Assembly (NCBI GenBank): GCA_044892525.1
Contig: CM097885.1
Span: forward strand, 247,504,001 to 247,568,000
Direction of reading: 5' to 3'
Source of the DNA: Schmidtea polychroa
Lineage: Eukaryota
Length of the DNA stretch: 64,000 nt
The notes under the pieces are model-generated. The model saw only the letters and a list, made by a program, of their open reading frames with translations. It had not been told where the DNA came from and ran no database searches. Within the stretch, counting starts at the first letter, position 1; each line of letters opens with the position of its first letter. This document shows, one piece after another, positions 37,729-48,489 of this stretch. A program made the position numbers and the translations under genes.

Positions 37729-38163
37729 ATGAATGAATACATAATCGCCATTGTCAATGGTTTAATTTATAAAAGTGATGATCAAACAATAAATTGTTTA
37801 TTAAAAATAATAAAAGAAGTAGAGCTTCGATGTACCATTGATTTCTCTTCTATTTTATCATCGGAAGGTAATCAGGAAAAAACATTCAAGGATGTCTTTG
37901 AATCGTTGTTTGAGGATGGTATATGTTGGTCTAAAGTCATCGTTAGCTTAATGTATGTCAGAAACATTCTTATTTTATGCCCAAATGAACATCCAAAATA
38001 TATGAACTGGTCAGTGCAAGAAATTACAAAAATATACCCATGGATCAAAGAAAATGGTGACTGGAAATATATAAAAAAATTAGAGTTACATTTTTGGTTA
38101 AGAACTATGTTTAAACGTTTCATTATATTTTTTGTCAATTTAATAAAAATTTATAAACTTTGA
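37729..38163 (+). CDS. Bcl-2-like protein (144 aa)
   Basis: BH1-like LFEDGICWSKVIVSL (Bcl-2 family LFRDGVNWGRIVAFF), BH2-like WIKENGDW (WIQENGGW), hydrophobic C-terminal tail. Confidence 0.85.
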   Translation: MNEYIIAIVNGLIYKSDDQTINCLLKIIKEVELRCTIDFSSILSSEGNQEKTFKDVFESLFEDGICWSKVIVSLMYVRNILILCPNEHPKYMNWSVQEITKIYPWIKENGDWKYIKKLELHFWLRTMFKRFIIFFVNLIKIYKL

Positions 38164-38233
38164 TAGTTAATTTAACTTGCATCAAATTCATATTTATTAC
38201 TTACATATTAATAATAACATTCTAGATCAACCT

Positions 38234-38263
38234 AGAATGTTCTAGAACATTCTAGAACATTCT
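38234..38263. promoter_or_regulatory. heat-shock element with six alternating nGAAn units
   Basis: aGAAt gTTCt aGAAc aTTCt aGAAc aTTCt; further GAAnnTTC at 38341-38348 and TTCnnGAAnnTTC at ~38366-38378; TATATAA at 38354-38360. Confidence 0.75.
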
Positions 38264-38550
38264 AGTTGATTGGTAACAATAAATATTTAGATACAATAAT
38301 TAGTTATTATTTAACTATGAACAAAATCTATGAATAAAAAGAATATTCTTAGTTATATAAAAAAATTCTAGAAGATTCTATTTGGTTGTTAACAATAGTT
38401 GCTTAGATAATTAACTATTGTTTTAATATTACATTTGAATTTCAATTAATCAATTAATTTTTATCTAACAAGTAAGATTTTATTTTGCTCTTGTTAAATA
38501 TTTATTTTCTTTTCTTTCAGATATTATTCATTCAAAATAAAAGAAGAAGA

Positions 38551-38788
38551 ATGCCAAATATTAAAAAACAAACGGTAAACTTTATTTATTTAATATATAT
38601 ATTAAGTTTTTCGTTTAGAAAATATGTTGTGATATCGATCAAGGAAATGATATGGAAGATTTCTATGATACATGTAAGTTATAAATTTTTATAATAAATT
38701 AAATTTTAATTAAATACTATTTTTTTTTAATAAATTTTATAATAAGTTAAATGTTTTAGCCGCTTTTCATAATAATACATTTAAATTA
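38551..38788 (+). CDS. putative spliced micro-ORF (~35 aa, MPNIKKQTKICCDIDQGNDMEDFYDTSAFHIIHLN)
   Basis: Consecutive GT-AG introns at 38472-38520 (UTR), 38575-38618 and 38674-38759; coding status unproven. Confidence 0.35.
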
Positions 38789-39132
38789 ATTTTTTAATGA
38801 TGGTAATACGTTCCAGTATTAATTTTATATAATACAATTAAATTAATTTTTTAATGATGGTAATACGTTCCAGTATTAATTTTATAAGTTTCGATTCTAT
38901 GTTTAATTACAATAAGAAAAGCTTTCAAAATAAATTTCAATTTGTAAAATCGAAAACCCTTCAATTTAAATCAAAAATAACCGGTAATATTTTTCCAATT
39001 GCAAACTGGTTAACTAATCAAATAAAATTCAAATTCTATAAGTTTGAATTCTGCTTTAAATATTTTTGACTAAATTATATTACTTTTAACTTCAAGTAGC
39101 AAGCATATAATAAATTATTATTTATATGGTAA

Positions 39133-39316
39133 ATTGCTGACCGGACAGACAAAATAAATCCGACTAAGGGTACTTAGGGGTAGTCACCTGGGGTTGAAAC
39201 ATAGTCTATGACCTGTCCCGAGTCAAATGAGGGTCACGTGTAAAATTTCAGCATCCTAGGTCCGACGGTGGGGAATTCTATAGAAAACAAACAAACTTTC
39301 ATCTTTATATATTAGA
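39133..39316 (-). mobile_element. small Helitron-like (Lep1-type) insertion inside the Polinton
   Basis: Minus strand begins a/TCTAATATATAAAGATGAAAGTTTGTTTG and ends GTCTGTCCGGTCAGCAAT, resembling recalled ends of such elements; GC-richer than its flanks. Confidence 0.35.
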
Positions 39317-40101
39317 TTTAATTAAGGATTATTATTTTATATATATATATATATTTTTAATAAATTAAAATTGAAAAAATAGATACAAATCTTTGTGAAT
39401 TTGAGATTTTCTTTGAGATTTTCTCCATTGGGTGTCTTTTTAAAATATAATTAATATTATATTTAAACAAATTTAAACATAAATAATGTTTGTTTAAAAA
39501 AAAAATATCAAATGGTAAAAATGACAAAAACGGTAAAAATGTCAATTGTATCGTCTTATTTATAATATTAAACTAAACAACATTAATATTTTTTTAATAA
39601 ATTTTATAATAATTTTAATTTATTTTTAATATTATTAAAATAGTATAAACATTACAAGTTATTGTTTTTGCTATCATCAATACTCTATAGGAGACGCAAA
39701 GAATTCTTTATGTACCAATAAGAATACAATATTATTGATCTAGCTTTATTGCATACTTTCCATGGTACACTGGAAATCACATCACTTGCATAATAGCTTG
39801 GTCACAGAAATCTGTATTCACGTAAACATAAGGTATGAAATCATAATCACCTCTGTTGACTAAAAAAATAGTCAATACATAGAAACTGTTTACAAATGCA
39901 TCCGTTTACCTTTAGCATTTTTAACTTATAAAGTAATGGTTTTTTGTCGGATGTCTTACACTTGAATAAAATAAACTACACATTGTTTGTGATTATAAAA
40001 CTTTTTTCTCAAAATATATGGAACACAAAAGTGAAACCCGAATTATTTTAATAAAATAAAATTCATTTAATAAATATTTAAATCATTATTTATTTTAAGG
40101 T

Positions 40102-43100
40102 GTGTTATACCCAAATTATTGTCAAAACAGTAGTCACAATAAAAGCTGTCATAAAATCATGCAAACATATTATGGCAAAACATATTATCAACAAAATTAC
40201 TTTTTATGCCCATATTGCGAAACTTTAAGTTCCGATCCCTACATGTCCTTTTATAACACGCATAAGACACATTTAAATCAATTTGTGATGCGTAAAGATA
40301 AGCTTTTCAAAAGAAAGGTTTCCACTCACTTAATTAAAAATAAAAAAGCAAGATTGGAGAAAATAGAAAATACAATATCGAACTCAGAAATAATTGTAAT
40401 CATAGATTCGGAGGAAGAAGATTCGAGGCATGAAGAAACTGGAAGTTCAAGGCGCAACGAAGCAGGAAGTTTAAGGCGTGAAGAAGTTGGAAGTTCAAGG
40501 CCTGAAGATAAGCTTATCAAAAGAAAGGTTTCCACTCACTTAATTAAAAATAAAAAAGCAAGATTGGAGAAAATAGAAAATGCAAACTCAGAAATAATTG
40601 AAATCAAGGATTCGGAGGAAGAAGATTCGAGGCATGAAGAAGCTGAAAGTTCAAGGCGTGAAGACGCTGGAAGTTCAAGGCGCGAAGAAGCTGGAAGTTC
40701 AGGGCGCGAAGAAGCTGGAAGTTCAAGGCGCGAAGACGTTGGAAGATCTGAAGAAGAAGAAATTGATATAATAAATGGATCGTTTGAAATAATAGAAGAA
40801 CTAGATTTCAATGATCAAAACGAAAATATATCGAATGTTGACAGTGATAGTACTGACTATGCAGATCACTACTCACTAGTTGATGACTTTCAAACAGGAG
40901 CAGGAATATCAGATGAACCGGAAATTGAATGTGATTTATACAGAACACATAGAATTATCACACTGGACATATCTTGTTATAATATACAAAAAATAGTTAT
41001 TCCACCAACGTTGCTGATAAAATTAAACGCTTGTATAAATGAAATGAAGAGCGTTAAGATACAGTTCGAGATCAATGCAGAATTCGTCAAAGACGGTGAG
41101 CTGAAGACTGCAAGAATTTCAAACAGAGCCACAAAATTAACAGATGACTTTTTAGATGAAGGAATCGAAAGTTTGAATGAGAAAATTGCTATTAGATCGG
41201 AGTTGGGTAGCAGTTGGCGTCTTAACAGGATACTGGAGATTAATTTTAAAATAACAAAGTTTGCCGAAATTAGTCGATTGTCTGGACATCGACATATAAG
41301 AACCCGGCATCATTAAAGAATAAAATTATAAACATCCAAAATCAAGACAATCTGTGTTTTATCTACAGCGTTTTGTCTATATTGAAATACGAAGACATTC
41401 ATGAAAACCGTAACAGACCGTCACAATATTATCGGTACATGAATGAAGTAAATTACGATTCGGAAAACCCTCCGACAACATTGAATGACATAAAGAAATT
41501 TGAAGATCAGAATCCAGGATTGGCGATCAATGTTCTCTCATACGAGTCGGATGATACATATTTAAATAATGATGATGATGTTGTTATGAAACATCCGAAT
41601 ATAGACATAATTAGGAGGACAAAGGTTAAAGATGTTACACCAATATATTTATTATTACTAAGTGAAAGTAATAATTACCATTACGTTGGAATACCTAATA
41701 TCAACAGGTTAATGAACTGTCATGTATCCAATAATTGTACAGTTCGAATTCAATGTATATGGTGTGTAAATTGTCTAAATGGATTTCGGAGACAATTGAC
41801 ATATGAAAGACATCTGGCTTTATGTAAGAAAAATCAGCTTGGGACAACTTTGTACGTTATGCCAACAGAAAAAGAGCTCAGATTCAAAGATTGGTCGAAG
41901 AAAGTGACTCCACCTTTCGTAATCTATGCTGATTTCGAATCTATTTTACCAGACGATCAGCAATACCATCAGAAACACTTACCGATTTCAGCTGGACTTT
42001 TGCTGATAAACAATTTTAGCGGAGCTTCCTCATATTTTCAATTTATTGGGTTAAATTGTATATTTGATTTTTTAAAGAAAGTAGAGGAAATAGCAGAAAA
42101 TAAAGTAAATCATTATTACCAGAGAAATGGTAAACAACCTTTAATTCTCAGTCCAACGGAACAATCCTCTTTTAATATGCAATCATTTTGTTATATATGT
42201 AAGGAACACTGTGATCATTTGGTTCGAGATCATGATCATTTCAGCGGGAAATATTTAGGTGCGGCATGTGGAAAATGTAATCTTTCAAGAAGAGTACGTC
42301 GAGTGCTTCCAGTAGTATTTCATAACCTGAGAGGTTATGATATGCATCATATTTTAAAATATGGCATAAATAAATTCCCTCACTGGAATTTGAGTTGTAT
42401 TCCGACAACATCCGAAAAATTTCTTACGCTTATTGCGCATTGTAAGCAAATAAAGATCAAATTCATTGATTCATATCAGTTTGTAAATGAATCTTTGGAT
42501 AATGCAGTAAAAACAATAAACAGTTTACCAATTACAAATGCAGCATTTACGGGAACAATACAGGATTCAAAAGGTATTTTTCCATACAATTTTGCCACAA
42601 GCCTGGAAGTTCTACGAGAAACCAGAGAATTGCCACCAATTTGGGAAGGAGTGTCACAAGCCGCATATGATAAAGCAGTGAACATATGGTCTGAAACCGG
42701 ATGTGAAACCCTTTTAGACTATATGATGATATATCTAAAGTTGGATGTATATCTTTTAGCAGATTACTTTCAACAATTCAGAACTAAATCACTAGCCCAT
42801 AATGGATTGGAACCTTTAAATTTTTTCGGTATTCCGGGAATGACATGGGCATCGGCATTAATGTCATTGGATAGACCTATTGAATTGTTGCAAGATAATG
42901 AAATGTATAATTATTATGAAGCTGGCATTCGAGGAGGTATGACTTTCGTTAATAAACATCAAGTCAGAAGAGATGAAAATACAGAGTTATTATATATCGA
43001 TATAAATAACTTGTATGGATGGGCACTTAGTCAGAGTTTGCCATATGGAAAGTTTGAATGGATCCATACTGATTTGGACACTATTCTAGAAGAGTGTAAA

Positions 43101-44243
43101 TCATCAAACATAGAGAATTTACCATATGGATATACGTTGGAGGTTGATATGAATATTCCAGATGAAATTCATGATTTATTAGACGATTTACCTGTTGCAC
43201 CAGAGAAGATGTGTCCAGAAGGAACAAAAGTGGAAAAGCTTCTGTTAACACATTACCCGAAGAAAAACTATGTAATTCATTGGCGACTATTGAAAATGTA
43301 TATGTTTTTAGGAGTTGAAGTAACAAATATACATCGGGCAATCAAGTTTAACCAATCAACTATTTTCAAGGAATATGTGGAAGCCAACACCAAATTGAGG
43401 GCTCAATCAACATCTGAACTGGAGAAGGGATATTATAAACTATTAAACAACAGTTTATATGGGAAAACAGTGGAAAATTTAAAGAAGAGGATGAATTTAA
43501 GGTTGTGCAATTCACAAAGAAAAATGGTAACATATTCATCAAAACCAACCTTCAAGAGAAGTATAAAGATTGCAGATGATTTAATAGCTGCAATTATGAA
43601 CCCTGATGTTGTATGTTTGGATAGACCTTCGTATATTGGACAAACAGTTTTAGATCTCTCCAAACTAAGAATGTATGAGCTGCAGTATATAGAACTACAA
43701 AAGTACCGTGAACAGTTCAATTGTGAGATTAATATAGCAGCAGGGGATACGGATTCGTTCTTCTTGGAAATTAAGAATCTTAAATTGCAAACATTATTAG
43801 AAGCTATGATCCAAGATAATCTATTGGATGCATCTAATTATAATTCGTCTCATCCGCTGTATAACAGAAGATTAGATTCTGTTATAGGAAAGTTTAAGGA
43901 TGAAAGTAAGGGAGTCCTATATGATGAATGGATATTTCTTCGGCCAAAGCTTTATAGTTTGTTGGGTGGTCCAAAGAAAACTATTAAAGCCAAAGGTATT
44001 AGATTGAATGAAACTGAGATAGATCATCAATCATACATCGACTGTTTTAATGGAATGGAAATACCTAAAGTCATACAAACGAGGCTTGGGTCCAAAAATC
44101 ATCAACTTTACACATTTAAATCAACAAAGTTGGCTCTGTCAAATAAGGATGATAAAAGGGTATGGGTGGGTCGGAACAAAAGTTTTGCATATGGACACTA
44201 TAGTATAAATATTGTTGATAATGATGATAATATATTTGCATGA
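40102..44243 (+). CDS. polB: protein-primed DNA polymerase B, split by a one-base frameshift near 41303 (~1380 aa if joined)
   Basis: YIDINNLYG, KLLNNSLYGK and GDTDS motifs; endonuclease VII-like CYIC...RDHDH...ACGKCN insert; INIQNQDNLCF lies upstream of the 41373 ORF in the same frame. Confidence 0.95.
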
Positions 44244-44388
44244 TTATATGTGAAATCAACTGTCAAATTTCCTTAAACAGACATTCTATTTTTTATGTAT
44301 ATAAAGAGTTGTTATTGTTATTTAATAAAATATTGTACAAAAACTGTGTTATTTTAGTTATTTTTGAAAATAAAGAAATGAACACCAA

Positions 44389-44773
44389 CTAATATTTATT
44401 AAACTCAAAACATAACCAAACAATACAATGTTGTCCACATGTAACTGTTAGCGGTTCTTGATAACGAATTCTATTGTACACGATAGGTTTTGATAATTTC
44501 GACAACTTCGACACTAACAGAGGCGGATAATAGTAACCCATCGGATCAAACACTTTAATCTTTTCAGGTTTAACAAATACTGCTAGCCAATGTTCGCCAT
44601 CGAGACTTGATGATTGGGTATTGACTATTAAAGCATTGTTACTTTCAAGAAAAGGGATTTTATCCAGCGGATAAACTCCTAAAAACCTGTCTCCAAACAG
44701 ATTTGTTGCAATACAATTAAGCTGAACAGAACTAATCAAGTAAATCGTTTATTAGAAAGTAAACTTACTCCAT
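44389..44773 (-). CDS. adenain-like cysteine protease; predicted 5-nt first exon plus 37-nt intron (115 aa)
   Basis: GEHW, VFDPMG and YQ...TCGQHC catalytic motifs; ATG GA/GTAAGT...TTAG/T TCT GTT gives MDSVQL. Confidence 0.9.
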
Positions 44774-44803
44774 ACTTCAACTTACTCCATACTTCATCTT
44801 TGT

Positions 44804-46033
44804 TTAAACTAGAATTGACCGATTTGCTGAAATCTGTATTTCGCTTTCAAAAACTCCATAAATAATTACATATACAGGAGATGTTAAAGCCTTGTTGAAT
44901 TTAATATCAAGTCTCAGATTTCCATTTTGTGGCAATTGACTTTGATTCCAATCAAAGTCTGAAGCCAAAATGAATGTAAAGAAAGGATATTTGGTCTTAA
45001 AATCTACAATGTCGATTCCGCAATTTAAATTCTTATCTAAATAACCCATATTTCGAACTATAGATTGCATATAGGTCGCAGCATAGTTATCGTTGTCGAA
45101 ATCTTGAGTATATGTCTCACGATAATCGGAATTTTTTGATAAAGTTAAAGAAGTTATACTGAAATGTGCGAATTTTGAGCTAGTTTCTGTATATGAACCA
45201 TTATATTGTGCTTCTGATTGGAAGGTTACAAGAATAAAATTTGGCAAACGTTTATCGCCAAATATTTGTTCTTTATAAAATGAGGATGAATCTTTACTTA
45301 TTGCAAAGGCAACAATTTCTTTGGTTTTGATAGGATAAATCGCATGTTGTGAATTAAGACCAATCTGATGGCCTGCCAACACTGATGACTCAACTCGTAC
45401 ACGGCTAACCATTAATTTTGCATCAACCAACTGATATTTTGGTGATGCTCCAGCTACAGATGTATCCAAACAAAATTTTGAGTCTGATCTCTTCATACGA
45501 ATATGTACATTGACTCCTGGTAGTAAATATTTAGGCTGATCCATAAAATCTAGTTGTAATGATGAACACATTGAAAACAGTCTTGATTTCGCAATCCATG
45601 TTTTCCTAAAATCTTTACTTCCATAACCCATCGGCGCAAGACAAATACTTTTTGTATCTCCGTTATAGTTTAAAATTGTTTCAATTAAAGCTTTGTGTGC
45701 ATATGTGTTGTTGCCACTTTCGATTTTGATATTATTAAAACCCAGAATAACATCTTTAAATAGAGTATGAAACATGTAGTTGGTTGGAATTACATCAACA
45801 CCATCTGCCAGATCTTTATTGTCTTTATCTACAACCTTCAGTTGAATGGATAATAGAGTGTCATTCAAATCTAAATATTCAGTCTGTGAACCGTTAACAA
45901 AAAATTCTACATCATTCCTTGAATCAGTAATTGAATTCATAGGAAATACATCTTCAAATATTCCATTTTCAATTACTACTTGTGGAGACGGACGATCAAA
46001 AATACACAATTCAGTTTTACCGGAGATCATCAT
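44804..46033 (-). CDS. double jelly-roll major capsid protein (409 aa from ATG 46033)
   Basis: N-terminal KTELCIFDRPSPQ, YLDLNDTLLSIQLKV and C-terminal GNLRLDIKF..L...V.VIIYG.FE match Polinton MCP. Confidence 0.92.
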   Translation of the reverse strand: MMISGKTELCIFDRPSPQVVIENGIFEDVFPMNSITDSRNDVEFFVNGSQTEYLDLNDTLLSIQLKVVDKDNKDLADGVDVIPTNYMFHTLFKDVILGFNNIKIESGNNTYAHKALIETILNYNGDTKSICLAPMGYGSKDFRKTWIAKSRLFSMCSSLQLDFMDQPKYLLPGVNVHIRMKRSDSKFCLDTSVAGASPKYQLVDAKLMVSRVRVESSVLAGHQIGLNSQHAIYPIKTKEIVAFAISKDSSSFYKEQIFGDKRLPNFILVTFQSEAQYNGSYTETSSKFAHFSITSLTLSKNSDYRETYTQDFDNDNYAATYMQSIVRNMGYLDKNLNCGIDIVDFKTKYPFFTFILASDFDWNQSQLPQNGNLRLDIKFNKALTSPVYVIIYGVFESEIQISANRSILV

Positions 46034-46406
46034 TTTCGAATATTGTTCCACGACCTTTCCATCTTTTGTTTATACGAGATTTTCGTCGCTTACTCAAAAT
46101 TTGTTGTGGTGTTGATGTTGGAGGTTTTTTAGTTTCATTTGGTTTAGAAATCTTTGCTGCACTTGGCATCAATTTCCCAATTTCATTCATTGCATGTCTT
46201 TTCAATGTTGGTAGTATTTTTTGATCTTTCATTACCACATCCTTTGCTGTTCTCATGCCAAATGAACCAATCTTTTTAAGTATTGGAAGTGCGAACCTTC
46301 CAATTGTTTGCAACCATCCGGATCCATATTGCTTACCCATAAAATATGGTAATTCTCCACCAGTTTGACTATTACTATATAACGACACAATATCAGGATA
46401 AGACAT
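46017..46406 (-). CDS. basic virion core / membrane-active protein with Gly-Gly-type cleavage sites
   Basis: QTGG and QYGSG followed by amphipathic WLQTIGRFALPILKKIG; Lys/Arg-rich tail; conserved position upstream of MCP. Confidence 0.7.
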   Translation of the reverse strand: MSYPDIVSLYSNSQTGGELPYFMGKQYGSGWLQTIGRFALPILKKIGSFGMRTAKDVVMKDQKILPTLKRHAMNEIGKLMPSAAKISKPNETKKPPTSTPQQILSKRRKSRINKRWKGRGTIFENDDLR

Positions 46407-47409
46407 TCACCTTTCGAAAATGTAAAGTCAAATGGGTTTTTGAATCTTTTGAAAAGTTTATCAATTTTCCAGAATCATCACGTATATTAATTTCTATATT
46501 GTTTATACATGATGTTGCAACAGATAAATACATAGGATTTTCAATCGTTATCTGTACCACTTCATCTTGTTCATGCTTTTCAACCCATACTGCTTTCATT
46601 AGAGGAACACTTACATCACCAACAATTACAGATTCAACAATATTACTATAAATGAACATTTGCTGATGAAGTTTAATTATTTTTGGTTTCGATGTTCCTT
46701 CGTTAACTTTTAAGTTTTGTATATACGTTTCTTTTGATAATCCTAATGTCTTTACCAAATTAGAGTCAAATTTCATTTGGCCAACATTCGGATTCATTTG
46801 AAATTTAAAAAATTTGTCTAATTCAACAACAGCGAAAATATCTGCACAATGTTTTGTTAAATAAACTTTTAATTGATCAAGATCTGTAATATACAAATCA
46901 TCTTGAAATGTATAGCTATGCTCAACAGCTTTGTTATACAAGAGTTGAAATTTGAATATAGCATCAGTTTTTGGAAGAGTATCAATATCAAATTTCACCG
47001 TTTCATCAAAAGTGTTACGCAATAGAGTAAATCCTAGGCGTTTTGCATCAGTTAAGGTTTCAAATAAAAATTGAAATGGTCGCTTCAAACATTGAAAGTA
47101 TAAATATCTATCCTCAACATATATTATCGCATTTGTATTTGCTTGATTGATCATTTCATAGCTATCTTGAATTATCTGCACTTTGACAATTTCTGATACT
47201 GATTCCATCTTGGTATATTCAATCTTGGATTTACTGTAAAACGGAAAGAGATTGTATACAAATGTAAAACCCAACAAGGACACTTCCCAACTACCATTTA
47301 AATAGATTGGATTTTGAAGTTCGACAATAAATTTACTGGCATTGTTATTTGGATGAATTAAAGGAGAGCTATTGGTGGGTAAAATCATGTAAAAATTAGT
47401 TTTATTCAT
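46393..47409 (-). CDS. penton (single jelly-roll minor capsid protein), 338 aa from ATG 47409
   Basis: FYMILPTNSS..HPNN.ASKF.VEL..PI.L.GSWEVSL at the N-terminus; YSNIVE..IVGD..PL and I.I.IRD..G..I.F at the C-terminus. Confidence 0.9.
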   Translation of the reverse strand: MNKTNFYMILPTNSSPLIHPNNNASKFIVELQNPIYLNGSWEVSLLGFTFVYNLFPFYSKSKIEYTKMESVSEIVKVQIIQDSYEMINQANTNAIIYVEDRYLYFQCLKRPFQFLFETLTDAKRLGFTLLRNTFDETVKFDIDTLPKTDAIFKFQLLYNKAVEHSYTFQDDLYITDLDQLKVYLTKHCADIFAVVELDKFFKFQMNPNVGQMKFDSNLVKTLGLSKETYIQNLKVNEGTSKPKIIKLHQQMFIYSNIVESVIVGDVSVPLMKAVWVEKHEQDEVVQITIENPMYLSVATSCINNIEINIRDDSGKLINFSKDSKTHLTLHFRKVNVLS

Positions 47410-48428
47410 TTCAACTGAGATTCCAGTATCCAAGTAGGGTTTTGATAACCATGCCATTTGACATAATATTGTTTATGCTTCCCTTTTCCTCTGGTCTTTA
47501 GAATTTCTTGTATTCTAAAAGTTGTAGGACTTGGAATAACTTGTAATTCTTGTTCATAAAATTTACCTATAATTTCATTGTTATCATAATCCTTAATGAC
47601 ATACATTATTGGACTCTGTTTAGTGTTAATCTTCGAAATTTGAAAAACTTCGTCGCTCCAATTACTATCAAAGTTTTTAATGAATGGAGAAGCACTAATT
47701 TTTGATATTCTTACATAATCACTGATTTTATATTTTGCTTTCTTGGGTTTTGGAACTTGTCGAGATAACCATAATTTGACTTGATTATCATTTGAAACAT
47801 CAACTGGTCTTAATCCATTTAAACCACGGTGCGAGGAATGATTATATGAATGAATCAGATTTTGTAAAACATGTATCCATGTCTTATTGCCTTGATGTAC
47901 AAAATACTTTTTCAATTTATCTCTCAATGTACGATTAAATCGTTCGACATAGGCTGCCTTATATTGAGAATGAACAGTGTAGTGATTTACATGATTTTCT
48001 TTTAGAATTTGTTTAACTTTACTGTTGTAAAATTCCTTACCCAAATCAGTTTGCAAATTATCGGGATGTCCATCAGCAAATAAACTCTTTATTGCTTGAG
48101 CAATTTCACTAGCAGATTTAGTTTTAACAGGTATAGCTCTCGCAAATCGGCTAAATATGTCAATACATGTTAAAATATATTTGTAACCTTTGTTGATACT
48201 GGAATATGGAATCATTTCCAACAAATCCGCTTGCCATAAATCATCAATACCAAATGTTTTATATGCTCTTGTTGGAAATCTTTTTAACATCGGTTTGTTG
48301 AGACTGTATGCAAGTTGGCTTGATAACCAATTTCTTGTCTCTTTCTTTGATTTCTTCATTGCTTTCTGTAGTCTGTCGATTCCGCCGAAAGATGCTGGGT
48401 CTCTTGGATTTGTCCAAATTTTCTCCAT
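47406..48428 (-). CDS. int: retroviral-like DDE integrase with C-terminal chromodomain (340 aa from ATG 48428)
   Basis: WQADL, IDIFSRFA, LQTDLGKEF, VERFNRTL; ILKTRG...YYVKWHGY..TWI chromodomain. Confidence 0.95.
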   Translation of the reverse strand: MEKIWTNPRDPASFGGIDRLQKAMKKSKKETRNWLSSQLAYSLNKPMLKRFPTRAYKTFGIDDLWQADLLEMIPYSSINKGYKYILTCIDIFSRFARAIPVKTKSASEIAQAIKSLFADGHPDNLQTDLGKEFYNSKVKQILKENHVNHYTVHSQYKAAYVERFNRTLRDKLKKYFVHQGNKTWIHVLQNLIHSYNHSSHRGLNGLRPVDVSNDNQVKLWLSRQVPKPKKAKYKISDYVRISKISASPFIKNFDSNWSDEVFQISKINTKQSPIMYVIKDYDNNEIIGKFYEQELQVIPSPTTFRIQEILKTRGKGKHKQYYVKWHGYQNPTWILESQLK

Positions 48429-48489
48429 TGCAACAATTTGAATTAAAATCAAGTTTGAAATTCGGTAATGAAGGACTACCACCCATTGT

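Noticed and set aside
38769-38883. ~58-bp tandem duplication in the Polinton
   Set aside because: Looks like simple slippage in AT-rich DNA; no functional signal seen.
39650-40000. Possible minus-strand spliced gene divergent from polB (50-nt GT-AG candidate)
   Set aside because: All three splice phases gave stops or very short peptides.
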